Shown piece by piece: positions 1 through 12,562 of a stretch of 64,000 nt of DNA (its first letter is position 1; each line of letters starts with the position of its first letter). Under the pieces are notes generated by a model. The model searched no databases. It saw only the letters and a list, made by a program, of their open reading frames with translations, and was not told the origin of the DNA. The stretch comes from Malacoraja senta (taxonomy: Eukaryota): the NCBI GenBank assembly GCA_038087875.1, contig JAXLNO010001731.1:1-64000 (forward strand), read 5' to 3'. The position numbers were made by a program, and so were the translations under genes.

Positions 1-673
1 TAGTACTAACGATGCATATCTCAGCACGAGTCATTATTTTGAAGAGTGGAAGTATAAGTGTAGAAAATAGCAAGGAAAAAATAAAAGAACACCTCTGAGG
101 TAACATGTAGTAACATCATAAATATTTTGCTGTCTATTTCAGGTATTGTTTATTTAACATTGAATTGATTATGTATGGCAACTGGCATTTTTGGCCCACA
201 CTATGTAATGTATTGTGGTCCTCTGTACATGTGATGTGCCTGGGCATTGCTATAAGGTTCAGGCACTCCTATAGTGAAGAGGCCACGCAATCTTGGAATG
301 GAAAGGAGGGGCTCAACAAGGGGAAAAAAAACTGTTCACTTCTCAGATGGCTGAGCACTAAGATGGCTGTGCACTCTTGAATAAACCAGATACCTCTGAA
401 GTAAGATGTTCCATCTGTTTTTGGATGAAGGGGTGCCCAAATCACTTCTATACCTCTTCTAGATTTCCACCTCAAATGCTACAATATCTGACTATCCATT
501 AGAGATGTGATGCCCACATTACTCTCTCTGCTGTCACTCCAGAAAGAGATCATCTGATCTGGGAACACTAATTGTACTAGCAGATCCTCCCGTTAACTGC
601 TGCTTTAAGAGTTTATTTCATAGTAAGAGATGGTAGTTTTATGTTTGTGTTTCCTGCTTGACTCTTGAAATTG

Positions 674-1358
674 TTTCAAGGTTTCAAGGTCTCAAGGACA
701 GTTTATTGTCACATGTATCAATTAAGGTACAGTGAAAGTTGAATTACTATACAGCCACACTAACAAAAAAAGCAACAAGATACACAACTACATAAAAGTC
801 AACATTAACATCCACCACAGCGGATTCCCCATGTTCCTCACTGTGATAGAAGGCAATAAAGTCCATCTTCTTCCTCTTTTATTCTCCCGCGGTCGGGGCA
901 GTCGGGGCAATCGCAGCTCCCGCAGACTGTGGTCAAAGACCCCCAATTGGGGCGATCGAACCACCTCGTCGGGGCGGTCGATGCTCCTGCGGCTTGGAGT
1001 TCCCGAGGTCGGTCTCTAACCAGAGACTGCGAACTCCGCGATGTTAAAGTCCGCAGGCACGTGGGTTGGAGCCCCAAAGTCGATCCCTGACAGCTCTGTG
1101 ATGTTAAGTCCACATGGTCCCGCGGTGGAGCTCTCGTAGTCGGTCTCCAGCAAAGGCCGCCAACTCCTCGATGTTAGGCCGCAGTACGTTCCGTCGAGGT
1201 AAGAGATTAGAAAATGTTTCCCCCAACTCCCCACCCCCAACATAAATCAAGTTAAAGAACACTAAAAACATACATTTAACACATACAAACAAACAACAAA
1301 GGAAGGGATAGACAGACTGTTGGCGAGGCAGTCATTGCTGGCGCCTGCCGGTGGTGGT
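674..1358 (-). mobile_element. Non-coding GC-rich retroposon with a Rex1/Babar-like 3' tail (non-autonomous, SINE-like)
   Basis: On the minus strand it ends TTTCACTGTAC...CATGTGACAATAAA followed by a (CTTGAAAC)n tail. The body is CpG-rich with three GACTT(T)AACATCG-type repeats. It is clearly similar to 24275-24722 and has no credible ORF. Confidence 0.65.
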
Positions 1359-3458
1359 GCTTAATAATGTACACGTTTCAAGCAAGAAAATCTCTCAATG
1401 GTCAATAAGGAGACTGGCATGTATTCCCATGCATTATCACTAATGCTCAATTCTACAATGTGGTTACATATGAATTCCAGAAAAAAAGAAGACACTTTTA
1501 AACATTTTATCCTGTCAATCAATCCAGCTTATGAAGAACTATAGAAAATGTTGATAAACAATTAACTCTCATTCCTATTGACTAGATTTTTGAAATTATT
1601 TCAGTTTTAAAAGTAATATGACAGCAGATTTGTCATTGGAGTTGTGTTTTGCCCAACAATATTTATGATTCCATGTGAATATAATGCAAGAACAATGTGG
1701 ATAAATTACAAGGATTAAATTGAGAGAAGCAGGTGATTGAGCATCCTAGTTGTTCAACACTAAGCACAGCAACCCCTGCGTTACTTTGCGATGGGGATTC
1801 TAATTGTGATTTTACATAAAGTGAAACTGTGACACGGTGTGTGCATCAAGAAATACACATTTTAGAAAATTAATTCTATGAGAGCCATTGTCACTCTGCG
1901 CCTCAAACTTTTGGGTAGTAATTTGCTATTCTATAAGGGTTATGGCTCCAAAGTAGCCATAACGCAGGGGTTGCTGGCACTGAGAATATGTTCCATTCAA
2001 TTGCTGCCCTTTTTGTCAGCTCACTCTACACACGATTAGGCAAGGCAACTAGTGTCAAAAAGTTATGTTGCGCAAGGTATACTGCTTGAGGCGGTGAAAA
2101 AAGTGTCAGAATTAAATCCAGAATTTGCTCAGTTTATTGCCTGGAAGATTGTTAACAATAATCTCTGTGAACTCAGTGCTAGCTTTTTGATGAGTCTTTT
2201 AAACCACACATAAAAACCTAACAACTGCAGCGTGACTATGTCGATTGTGTTTCCTGATCATTGAATGTTGAGAAAGAATTAAGATATCTGCTTGGATAAA
2301 GATTCTAAATTGTAATGCTCTTAAATTTAAAATTGGTGATGGATTTGATAAACATAAATTCCATAGCTGGAAGACAGTTACACTGAATTAGGTATAGATT
2401 TGCATGGCATCAACAATAGAGTAATCTGCAATTTAGTTTTCAAATCGGATAGTTTCCCAAAATGAAAGAAAGAAAATTAATTGAATTGTCCATCATAAAT
2501 TGAAATTTAATTTCTAACTTTATGTGGGAAAGCTTTTTTCCTGGATTCGTATTTGTACTGACACTTTCATGTATGGGTTTCATTTGTATGCATAATCTAC
2601 ACTATTAAAAAAAAAAAAAAAAGAGCAGTTGATGAAGTTGAAAGAGGCAAAAGTCAGAAAACGGAGAATCAACAAAACCCAAAGCTGAAAGTTAAACATG
2701 CCTTTGTTTAAAAATTAAATATTGTAAAAAAAAAATTAAATGCACACGTGTCATCATTATGCAAAGTTATGAAAAATGTTTCCTTGTACTGATCACCCGA
2801 TTGGCAGGAGCACAGTATTTGTTGGTTTTTTTCAAAGGTGCTTTTGCTACAAGTTTAGCTAATTGAGCTGTTCAAATATTGTTGAAGGTAAACAAATCAG
2901 CATGAAATGTGATATTTGGCAGGCATGAAATGCATATCCAGTTTCCTGCTTAAACGTCCAACAGATTATGTTTGGGTAAATACCAGTGATGGACTTAGAG
3001 GTACTGTTTGTATTTAAAATCATTCTTCTGTTAATTAGCACCACTTAAATGCTAGTCTTATTATATTAATGTCATTGAACAGCCGAGTGGGTTATTGAGG
3101 ACCATTTTCTAACATAAAGTATCAATGTAACACCCAAAGAGATGATCTTGTGTAAATGTAATAGCACTTTCTATTTATAAGTCTGAATTATCATTTTTTT
3201 AAAGTTTCTTATTTACATCTGAGATTACATCTAACATTACAATGTTAATGACAGGTTTTGTGGTAAGTGTTGAATTTATTCTAGGGAGTGAGTATTATGT
3301 TATTTCAGTGCAGTGTGGATTGAGTCTTGACATGAAAGATTTCATCCAACTATGAAGGCCTTAGTATTATGTAGGGCCAACCGCGCAGACGTCTGTCTAT
3401 TGTGTGTTGGTGGTATAGGCCTAGGCTTCTTAACTTTAGAACTCCAATCTGGTGATTA

Positions 3459-3746
3459 TTTAGTTTGGAGATACAGAGTGGAAATATTGTTCTTTGGCCT
3501 ACCCAATCCATGCCAACCAGCAGTCACCCGTGTACTAGTTCAATCCTACACACTAGAGATAATTTACAGAAGCCAATTAACCTAGAAATCTGTATGTCTT
3601 TTGTAATGTGAGAGGAAACCAGAGCACCCGGAGAAAACCCACGCGATCACAGGGAGACCATACAAACTGTACAGACAGCACCTGTAATCAGGATCAAACA
3701 CGAGTCACTAGCGCTGTAATGCAGCAACTCTACCACTGTGCCACTC
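3459..3746 (-). mobile_element. HE1/V-SINE-type tRNA-derived SINE
   Basis: Minus-strand head GTGGCACAGTGGTAGAG (A box) and GTTTGATCC (B box), a central GGGTTTTCTCCGGGTGCTCTGGTTTCCTC block and a CR1-like tail. Matches other copies in the window. Confidence 0.8.
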
Positions 3747-3769
3747 TTTAAAACATAAACTTGGCTGGG

Positions 3770-4355
3770 TTTGAACTAGATTGGCAGGGATCTAGGTACT
3801 AGATTGGATCCCAGAGAAGAAAGGAGGCAGATGAGGTTGGCAAATACTGTTGTCAAAGAGATTAAGATTGGCAAACAGGACAGGCAGGAGCATGGCAAAG
3901 AGAGAGGAAAGACCAATGATTTAAACTGCATTAATTTCAATGTTAGAGGCTCAACAGATAATGCGGATGATCTCAGGGCGTTGGTTTGGCTTGGGAGACT
4001 GGGATGTTTCAGCAAAATCAAAAACATGGTTGAGTAAGGGCATGACTGGCAGTTCAGTGTTGGAGGTGGGGGGGTGTAGTTGCCCTTTGGATGAGGGAGG
4101 ATATAACAACAGTGCATAGAGAGGATATTCCTGCAGGATCGTTCGGTAAGGCTATATAGGTAGAAACAGGAAGGTAATGATCATTAGATGTGACTATTAT
4201 AGGCACCCCAAGGATCTAGTTTAGTTTAGTTTATTGTAACGTGCACTGAGGTGCAGTGAAAAATGTTACACTGGAATTAGCTGGAATTAGAGGAGCATAT
4301 GTATTGTGAGTCTACAGATAGATATAAGAATAATATGGTTATATTAGTGGGAGGT
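3770..4355 (+). mobile_element. Decayed CR1-clade LINE, start of endonuclease region
   Basis: Peptide DLNCINFNVRGSTDNADDLRA resembles the start of the CR1 ORF2 APE domain. Many frameshifts. A small inverted LINE-tail insert lies near 4216-4270. Confidence 0.5.
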
Positions 4356-4356
4356 T

Positions 4357-5027
4357 GTGGACAAAATCAACAATTTCAAGTTCCTGGTGTGCATATCTCT
4401 GAAGATCTCTCCTGGACATGAAAAAAGCCCATCAATGCCTTTACTTCCTTAGAAGATTGAGGAGATTCGGTATGTCGACAAATGCTCTCTTGAACCTCTA
4501 CAGGTGTACATTAGGGAGCATATCGACTGGTTGCATCGCAGCCTGGTTTGGCAACTCTCATGTCCAGGAGCAAAGGAGTTTGACAAAAAATGATGGACAC
4601 TGCCTGGTTCATCATGGGTACTGATCTTCCCACCATCGAAAGGATCTATGGGAGGCGCTGCCTCAAAAAAGCAGCCAGCATCACCAAGAACCCACTCCAC
4701 CTTGGCCATGCTCTAATTTCACTCCTGGCATCAGGAAGAAGGTATAGGAGTATGAAAACCATGACCTCCGGAACTGTTCAGGAACAGCTTCTTCCCAGCA
4801 ACTGGCAGGCTATTGAACACGACAAACACCAACTAATCTACGATCTATGAACTGTCTTGGTTGCTCTAGGGACTTTGGGCTTTTATTTTGCACTATGTAG
4901 GTTTTTCATTGTTTGTTTATAATGTTGATTATTGCGTACTGTGTTTACAGACCTGCATGCTGGTGCAAGTAAGAATTTCATTGTTCCGCTTTGGTACATA
5001 TGACAATTAAACACGCTTGATTCTTGA
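4357..5027 (+). mobile_element. Rex1/Babar LINE 3' fragment (C-terminal ORF plus 3' UTR)
   Basis: Peptides KKAHQCLYFLRRLRRFGMS...CIAAWFGNS and RRCLKKAASITKNPLHLGHALISLLASGRRYRSM. Ends CATATGACAATTAAA with (CTTGA)-type repeats. Frameshifted. Confidence 0.85.
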
Positions 5028-6537
5028 TCTGCATGGACAAATTGGGCCAAAGGAATTGCTTTATTGCTCTCTAACTCTGTGACATTCTTGTGGCGTGTAC
5101 ACTGGGTAACTCTGCCAATGGCATCAGTTTTTCATGCCCTATTGACTATATTGTAAATCTTCATGTTAGTTCTGAGATTGTTATCGTGCCTTGTAGCTCC
5201 TTTATACCTCCATGAAGTTTCAGATGTTTGTACTGTATATCAAACTGAGACATAGCATTACGAAAGCTGGGGGCATTTCTGAAATATATGTATTGAACAA
5301 ATGCAAGTAGACGCTTAAAATTGAACAAATAGTTAAATGTTACCCGATGGAATTGTATTGATCTTTTCGACAATAATAGCTTTCCCTTTTTCGTTTATAC
5401 CTGTTAGAGGATTAGATTTTAGCACTGAGTCAGCTCGAGAGTATGGTTTGGAAGGGTGTGTTGGCTGAAACTAACTGTTACCTGATATTAATAGATACCA
5501 ATCCTCAGATCATGTACCTGTATTATTCAACTCTGTTTTCATAATCTCAAAATTTCTCAAAAAGCGCTATCATATTATCCAGATCTCTGCTGCTTTCTAG
5601 CTCCTGAGGCATGTTGTAACCTCCCAAATGTTTTTCCCAACAAGATGTTTGAGTCACCACGCCTGTCTAGTAGTCGGTGCTGGATGAATAGTATTTACTT
5701 GTGTCAAAATGTTGTAAATACTAAGTCATTGGCCATGAATTTTAGCCAGGTGAGACCTGACACATAATGTAGCATCCACTGATTTCATTGGGGATTCTGG
5801 GCTGGTAAGTTAGAGGGTGGCATTTTTTTTTAATGTTTTTAGTTTAGTTTAATATTTTGAACAATTATTGTGCTTTGTTTTTAAATAACTGTCATTAATG
5901 CTTTTAATCATTAACATCAATTTTAATATTTAAGTTTTAATGACTGAAAAAATGTTGGTAGACACTCTACCTACCCCCTTCTCCCCACCTGACACCCTCT
6001 CAACCATACCTTTACTTTCCAACCACATGTTTACTGAATGGGGCCTTTCTATTAAATTTTGAGGCCTGCTTTGCTGCTGAGACCTTGTTGCCCATGTGCT
6101 AAAAGTCCACAATGATCTTCCATAGTAAAATACTTTGGAATTCAAATTAAATTAAATTTAAAGGTAAATCAGCAGCTGTAATTAGTCTAGTGGCTTGTTT
6201 AAGAGATGATGTGGGAAGGCTATCTGTCGATTTAGTTTAAGACACTCTCTTCTTATCTGCAATACTTCAGAATAGTCTTTGGATAATTGCTCTGAACCAA
6301 GTAGTTTGCATCACCATTTCAGCTTTTATGGTAGTCCATGTTGTGTACGTGTGCCTTAACTGTTCTATTCATTTACACCTTGCAGAATAATAACACGCTT
6401 TACAATGATGAAATAAATTATGATAATCCTAACCATGTAATTCAGCAGCAGAGAATTCATGCAAGTATATAAAGTTAAAATAGATACTGTTAAGAAGATA
6501 AATTAATCTCTACGATTAACATTAAATTATTCAAGGC

Positions 6538-6630
6538 AAGACACAATGCTGGAGGGAAATCAACGGGTCAGACAGCTTCCCTGGAGAACATGGATAGGTG
6601 ACGTTTCAAATTGAGACCCTTTTTCAGATT
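6538..6630 (-). mobile_element. Short Penelope-derived element with a degenerate hammerhead motif
   Basis: Reverse complement TCTGAAAAAGGGTCTCAATTTGAAACGTCACC plus the family tail shared with 8633-8727. Confidence 0.6.
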
Positions 6631-7680
6631 CAATGTAGTCCAATAATCCAGTATAATGCTCTGTTTTAAGAAAAAAATGAGTGGAGATATAAATGAAAAT
6701 AATGTACATTGGAATTCATTGTACTCAAAATCACTTAAAAGCATTTTCTAGTTGGTGAAATGGATCACAGTATTGGCTGGCTCACTCTTATAAACTCAAT
6801 AACTCGCAAACTAACTATTTAGCTGTACTATGGGAACCAATAATTAAAGTGCCTTAATTTACATGAGAATGTAAGTCTTTCTCCCCACCCATGCCTCAAT
6901 TCCAGATAATGAAGAGATGCTAATTTGGGGTTAGAACAGGAAGCAGTGTTTTGTTTAAAGATAGCTCGGTTCATCTCACTGATGTTGTCTTCTCCAAATT
7001 TGCTAATTTATTGTGAGTGGATACCCTTCAAATGTCTCCTGTAACTTTAATGTTTGACAGTTTTTTAGCCAATTTTCACAGCTGTTTTTCAATAAATATT
7101 TGTGAAGATGCCAGTGAAGTATCAATGCAATAAATTATAGCTAATTCGCTGAACATTTTTTGGAGTTTCATTGACAGGCAATATAATATGTCTTAGTAAA
7201 ACTAATTTTTGCCTTGGTGATAATTTTTGGCATTACCGTTTATTCTGGCATACTGATTTTGCTTTTTGATTTCTGTCACATGTTTTGCTAGAATAGGATA
7301 AAAATGAATAATGTATTCCAAAAGTGAGAAAAGAAAACCTGTAAAAGGCCAGTGTGGACAATGATGTAATAATTAGGGGAAAAGGGAATAAAATAATGGC
7401 TAAATGGTGATGAGATGCATATCATAATAAGGTATAAAACTGATTCATGAAATGTAATAAATAAGATGGTAATCTCTGTTGTAATAGCAAAAATGTAATA
7501 TCAGTATGGCCACAGCAAGTTGCCTCAAAACCCGTGCTTCTGAACAGATAATCTACGTTTGCAATGTTAATTGAGGGACAAATATCTGTCTCGTTAACTT
7601 CTCTATATTTATTCTTTGGAATAATGCTATCTAATCTTTGCTTGTATTTGAGAGAGCAAAAGTAGTTTGCTTTAGAGACT

Positions 7681-8727
7681 TCTTCCCACCCTGCTTCCTG
7701 TAAGGACTCTATTCCCTACTCCCAATTCCTCCGTCAACGCCGCATCTGTACCCAGGATGAGGTGTTCCAAACCAGGGCATCGGAGATGTCCTCATTCTTT
7801 AGGGAACGGAGGTTCCCCTCTTCAACTATAGATGACGCTCTCACCAGGGTCTCCTCTATATCCCGTAGCTCCGCTCTCACTCCCCATCCCCCCACTCGTA
7901 ACAAGGACAGATCCCACTTGTCCTCACCTTCCACCCTACCAGCCGTCACAAACAACAGATAATCCTCCGACATTTTCACCACCTCCAACAGGATCCCACC
8001 ACTGACTACATCTTCCCATCTTCCATTTTCGCAGAGACTGCTTCCTCCGTAACTCCCTGGTCAATTTGTCCCTTCCCACCAAAACCTTCCTTACCCAAAC
8101 CACCCCCTCCCCTGGTACTTTCCCTTGCAACCGCAGGAAATACTACACTTGTCGCTTTACCTTCCCCCTTGACTCCATCCAAGGACCCAAGCAGTCTTTC
8201 CAGGTAAGGCAGAGGTTCACCTGCACCTCCTCCAACCTCATCTATTGTATCCACTGTTCTAGGTGTTAACTGCTCTACATCGGTGAGACCAAGCGCAGAC
8301 TTGGCGATCGCTTCGCCCAACACCTCCGCTCTGTTCGCATTAACCAACCTGATCTCCCGGTGGCTCAGCACTTCAACTCCCCCTCCCATTCCGAATCCGA
8401 CCTTTCTGGCCTGGGCCTCCTCCATGGCCAGGGTGAGACCCACCGCAAATTGGAGGAGCAGCACCTCATTTCGTTTGGGTAGTTTACACCCCAATGGTAT
8501 GAACATTAACTTCTCCAATTTCAGGTAGTCCTTGCTTCCTCCCTCCTTCCCCTCCCCTTCTCAGCTCTACCACAGCCTACTCTCTCCGCCTCTTCCTTTC
8601 TTCTTCCCGCCCTCCCCCCCCACCCTCACATCAGTCTGAAGAAGGGTCTCGTCCCGAAACGTCACCAATTGATTCGCTCAATAGATGCTGCCTCACCCGC
8701 TGAGTTTCTCCAGCATTTTTGTCTACC
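7681..8727 (+). mobile_element. Penelope-like element (PLE), 5'-truncated: RT C-terminus, GIY-YIG endonuclease and terminal repeat
   Basis: Peptides HPASCKDSIPYSQFLR..RICTQDEVF, GTFPCNRRKYYTC, FTCTSSNLIYCIHCSRC*LLYIGETKRRLGDRFAQH and LGSLHPNGMNINFSNFR*. Exact 15-bp TSD TTTGCTTTAGAGACT at 7666-7680 and 8728-8742. Contains stops and frameshifts. Confidence 0.92.
8633..8666 (+). ncRNA. Minimal hammerhead ribozyme motif in the PLE terminal repeat
   Basis: CTGAAGA (8636-8642), A, stem II GGG-TCTCGT-CCC, GAAA, palindromic ACGT stem III and a GUC triplet ending at 8663. PLEs are known to carry such motifs; activity is untested. Confidence 0.75.
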
Positions 8728-8981
8728 TTTGCTTTAGAGACTGTTGTGTAAAATAGTATTTCTAATAGCTTGGGATTCTGCCAGTCCTACATAGGCGTGT
8801 CCGCCTTTGTGCTTTGGCTTGATCCCAAAACATCCCAAAACTCCATTGAGAATCTAACCTGCTGAATCACAGTTGATGTTGTTCAAATGGTTCCGGTTTT
8901 AGAGTCATATACAGAACAGAAATGGATCATTTGGCCAACTTCCCCATACTGACCATGATGCCTATAGAGGTTTATATAATT

Positions 8982-9025
8982 ACTAGACTAAGTGGGACCC
9001 GTTGGGTCCCAGGCACACGGGAGGC
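8982..9025 (-). mobile_element. Helitron-like 3' terminus (isolated)
   Basis: Minus strand reads hairpin GGGACCC-AAC-GGGTCCC, 7 nt, then CTAG|T, the canonical Helitron 3' end. A related end lies at 34364. Confidence 0.55.
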
Positions 9026-9089
9026 GATGCAGCAGATTCTGGTGTAGCAGATCTGCCACATTGAGAAATTGAGTTGGCAAGGCTTTTGA

Positions 9090-10487
9090 TTGTTTAGAGT
9101 TTAGAAGAATGAGAAATTATGTCAGCGACACACACAAAATTAATCGACGCTCAGCAGGCGATATTCAGGGAAGAATCTTCACTCTTGGAGAAGAAGTCCA
9201 GAACCTCTCAAACTAAGCCATAGACTAGCAATGTTACAAAATTTTGAGATTTAAAAAATCAAGTCTGCAATTTATCCCATCAGATAAAGCATAAAACAAG
9301 TTTAATTTGACACCTAATTCACTTTCATATCTTCAGTATTAAAGAAGTTATGGCCATTTTCATACTCAGAAATTGACATCTTGTTCCCTATTGCTTTTCC
9401 ATTGACTTAACACAAAAGCTGTGATCGAGGACAGTCAAAAGCCCATAACTTAAAAATTAAGAGAACTGAATGAAATTTTCAGTTAATATAGATTGAAGCA
9501 TTCTGAAACAAATATGAAACAATCTTACTTGGATGACCTGAAATTAAAGCATATAATTAGTTAGTTACCTAATTGTAGCTAATTACAAAATTCAATTACT
9601 AGATCTAAACATCTATCCATTTCTTAAGAAAAGATTAACATTTTTAAATAGCCTAAGTGTCCAAATAACATTCACACAATAATTCACAATATAACATGAT
9701 TTTAAAATCTCATTGTCATGAATTTATAGGCCAAATGGAAGGAATTTAATGTTTAATTCCCATAAATTAATGGCCAATTAAATCATCTTGCGACTGGGAT
9801 TTTGTGGAACGTGATCGATTGGAACGTTGCGGTTGCGGTGATTTTAAACCCCATATCGGCAGGAAAAACACTGCCGGTTCGTATGGGGCCTAAATTACCT
9901 TTTTACAACGTAAAATTTGGATTAAGGTAATCCTAAGAAGCACATTTATATATAAATTAAATGGCTTACCTTTAGCTGTCCCGTACGTGAAATCCATCCC
10001 GTTGTCTGCGTTGACGGCATTAGAAGCGGATTTTTATTTTACTCCAGTGCTGAAATTGTCCCGCGGTTAAAAAAAAAATGTCACAGAACGGCAGTCGGAA
10101 CAATTCTTCAGCATTAGCTAGCACCCCGAGAAAATATAATCCGGACAGGCAGGAGAAACCCCCCCCCCTCAAAGGCGCCAAAGTCGCGCACACGGCCAGT
10201 GGCAGAACTGCATCGCCGCTGAAGGTACGTTTTGTAACATACCTACATAGACTATTTAAAACTGAAATAAGGAGTAATTTATTCATTAAAAAGATGGTGA
10301 ATCTTAACAATTCTTTATTCCACAGGTGTGTGGAGGCCCAGTATTTAAAAAATGAGATTGATTTGAGTTTTGGATCTTTGTAAAGTCGAAGGACATGGGG
10401 AAATGATGTTGAGATAGAAGATCAGATATGATCTTGTTGTGCAGCAGAGCAGGCTTGCAGGACCAAATTGCATAGTCCTGCCCTACA
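9090..10487 (+). mobile_element. Old CR1 LINE 3' fragment split by a DNA transposon
   Basis: CR1-like sequence 9090-9225 resumes at 10246 (LFKTEIRSNLFIKKMVNL, CR1 C-terminus-like) and runs into a CR1-type 3' UTR. Confidence 0.55.
9226..10245. mobile_element. Non-autonomous TIR DNA transposon (~1020 bp, superfamily uncertain, hAT-like TAG...CTA ends)
   Basis: Imperfect 16-bp TIRs TAGCAATGTTACAAAA and TTTTGTAACATACCTA. Flanking duplication CATAGAC at 9219-9225 and 10246-10252. Cleanly interrupts a CR1 remnant. Confidence 0.75.
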
Positions 10488-10927
10488 ATACAATACAATA
10501 CAATTTATTTGTCATTTTGACCCCGTTGAGGTCCAAACAAAATGTCGTTTCTGCAGCCATACATTACAAAACGAAGAAGACCCGAGACACAACACAATTT
10601 ACACATACATCCATCACAGCGATGGAAGGCAAAAAAAACATATCTCTCCACTGCACTCCCCCCCCCCCCCCCGATGTCAGAGTCAAAGTCAAAGCCCCCG
10701 GCGGGCGATGGTGATTGTCCCGCGGCCATTAAAGCCACGCCGGGTAATGCAAGGTCGCGCACCGGGTCTTGGTGTTAGAGCGTGCGTTCGCAAAGTCCCG
10801 CGGCCATTCCAAGCCGCGCGGGGCGATGATGTAAAGCCCCGCTCCAGGTGCTCTTCAACCCCGCAACTCGGGCGGGAGAAGTCGCCGCTGCGGAAGCCCC
10901 GAAAAGCGGTCTCCCACCAGGGACCCT
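10488..10927 (-). mobile_element. GC-rich non-coding retroposon with a Rex1-like tail (related to 674-1358)
   Basis: (AATAC)n tail followed by TTTATTTGTCAT on the plus strand. Shares CATCC..CACAGCG..GGAAGGCAA with the 674-1358 copy. CpG-rich body. Confidence 0.55.
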
Positions 10928-11074
10928 GTTTCTTGTATTGTTATGCTAGTCTCTTATCAAATAGCTAAATAATGCCTCATGGATCAAATGAAATCCATAT
11001 TGAAGTGCAAAAATATGGCAGAGAATTACTTGAGGTGTGAATTCATGTTCTCATTTCCCTTATTTGTAGAGAAG

Positions 11075-11625
11075 AGCAATGGGTTTTCACAGACTGCGTA
11101 ATTGTGATCATCTTCAAGAAAGAAAGGAAGTCATTACAGAGCTGCTCTCTGCTGACTGCCACAGAAAAAGTCACTGGATGGACCCTCCGTGACTATTTAC
11201 TATCATAGATGAGCGTCTTCCAGTCATAGAGATTCTTTCCGGATTACAATGGGTATAATGTTCACCATGCGACAAATGCCTGAAAAGCAGAGTGAGCAAC
11301 ATCAACCACTTACATGGCCTTTTGTTGCTCCATAAGGGCCTTTGATTCCTTCAAGATGAGTTTATTGTTGTCCGCACTAAGCATAGTGAGAAACTGTTAC
11401 AATGGAAAATCTTGCTTCCAGTAGCATGACACACACATAGATTCAGCCAAACGCAGAAAAAACATAAATTATACATAAATTAAACAAAATTCTGCAAGGC
11501 AGTAAAAAGAAAACCGTGCAGAAAACATTGTAATTGAATCAATCCACCAGAGGGGGTGTTAACCTGCAGAAAGAACAGGAGAATGTTTGACTTTCACCGT
11601 CTCCTCCAAAACCAAGATCGCCCAC
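11075..11625 (+). mobile_element. Decayed RTE-clade LINE RT fragment, interrupted at ~11351-11530
   Basis: Remnants of D.VIV.IFKK, MFTMRQMPEK..EQHQP..MAF....KAFDS and RMFDFHRL..KTKI, typical of RTE ORF. Confidence 0.6.
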
Positions 11626-12562
11626 CGCCTAATCCATGTGAACAGAAAAACATTAATGTTGCCTGGATTATTTGTAGGTAAATATTGTCTGCCAACACAA
11701 AGGCCTGGACATTCTTAGTGACGATATGAGGAACTGATCTAAGTGAGGATTAGTGAAATTGGAAGGTCAGCAGGTGACATGCACCTCCACACAGCTGTCT
11801 ACCCAAAACAGTAATTGTGGCTGATTGCAATGATTATCCAACCAGCCCCATTGTATCACATGGCTTCCAAGATCAGTTTCTTCTCCTGTATAGAATATAT
11901 ATCTCTTATTTATTAGTTATAAATCATGATTGTATTCAAAAATAGAATGAGCAAATTACCTAAAAGATGCAAGCTGACTAAAAATGTATGTACCTTTCTG
12001 CACGTGTTGTTTTCTTCACAGCATTACTGCCACAGATGGTAACTTTGACTTTGATGTTAGGACTAAATTGCAAAGGAGTCAACTGTTATAGATATGAAGG
12101 ATTTGGTTGTTTTTCATTAGACTTTTTTTCCCCCTCCATTTCTGCAAAGGCAGCTGCACTCCAGAAATCTGATGACTACAATTAAAGTTGGCATTTGTAG
12201 CTTGTCAGCAACTGCATTCGCACAAGGCTGAAAATAAGTGTGTTTTTTTTCGATATTGAATACAACCCAATTTAATCTCTTTCAAAACACAGTGCTGCAG
12301 GTTGCATCAATTGCAGGCAAGTTTTATGTTATGAAGGGAGATTGCAAATAACAACTGACATTCAAAAGAAACACAGCATGCAATTTGTTCAGCCAATTTA
12401 AGTAATAGCCTATTGAATTAGTCACCTGAAAGAAAAAACTTGCATCTCCCAAGTGCTTTTTACATGAGTAGGACATGACCATGCTCTTCACAGTTAACAA
12501 AGTAATTTCAGGTAAAATTGATTTTAGCAAATTATCTTTCAGGCAAGCCAATTCATATTATT

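Larger units (their letters stand above)
7490..8880 (-). mobile_element. Old Deu-domain-like SINE remnant, interrupted by the Penelope element
   Basis: Segments 7490-7680 and 8743-8880 resemble, in reverse, the SINE at 17055-17395 (e.g. GATATTTGTCCCTCAA vs GATATTTATCCCTTA). Highly diverged. Confidence 0.35.

Noticed and set aside
4-105. TACTAAC branch point, CAG acceptor and GAG|GTAACA suggesting an exon at 25-99
   Set aside because: All three frames contain a stop and the pyrimidine tract is poor.
8006-8518. 170-aa minus-strand ORF
   Set aside because: Antisense shadow of the PLE GIY-YIG region.
10468-10968. 166-aa ORF
   Set aside because: Lies in a GC-rich non-coding retroposon; low stop frequency explains it.
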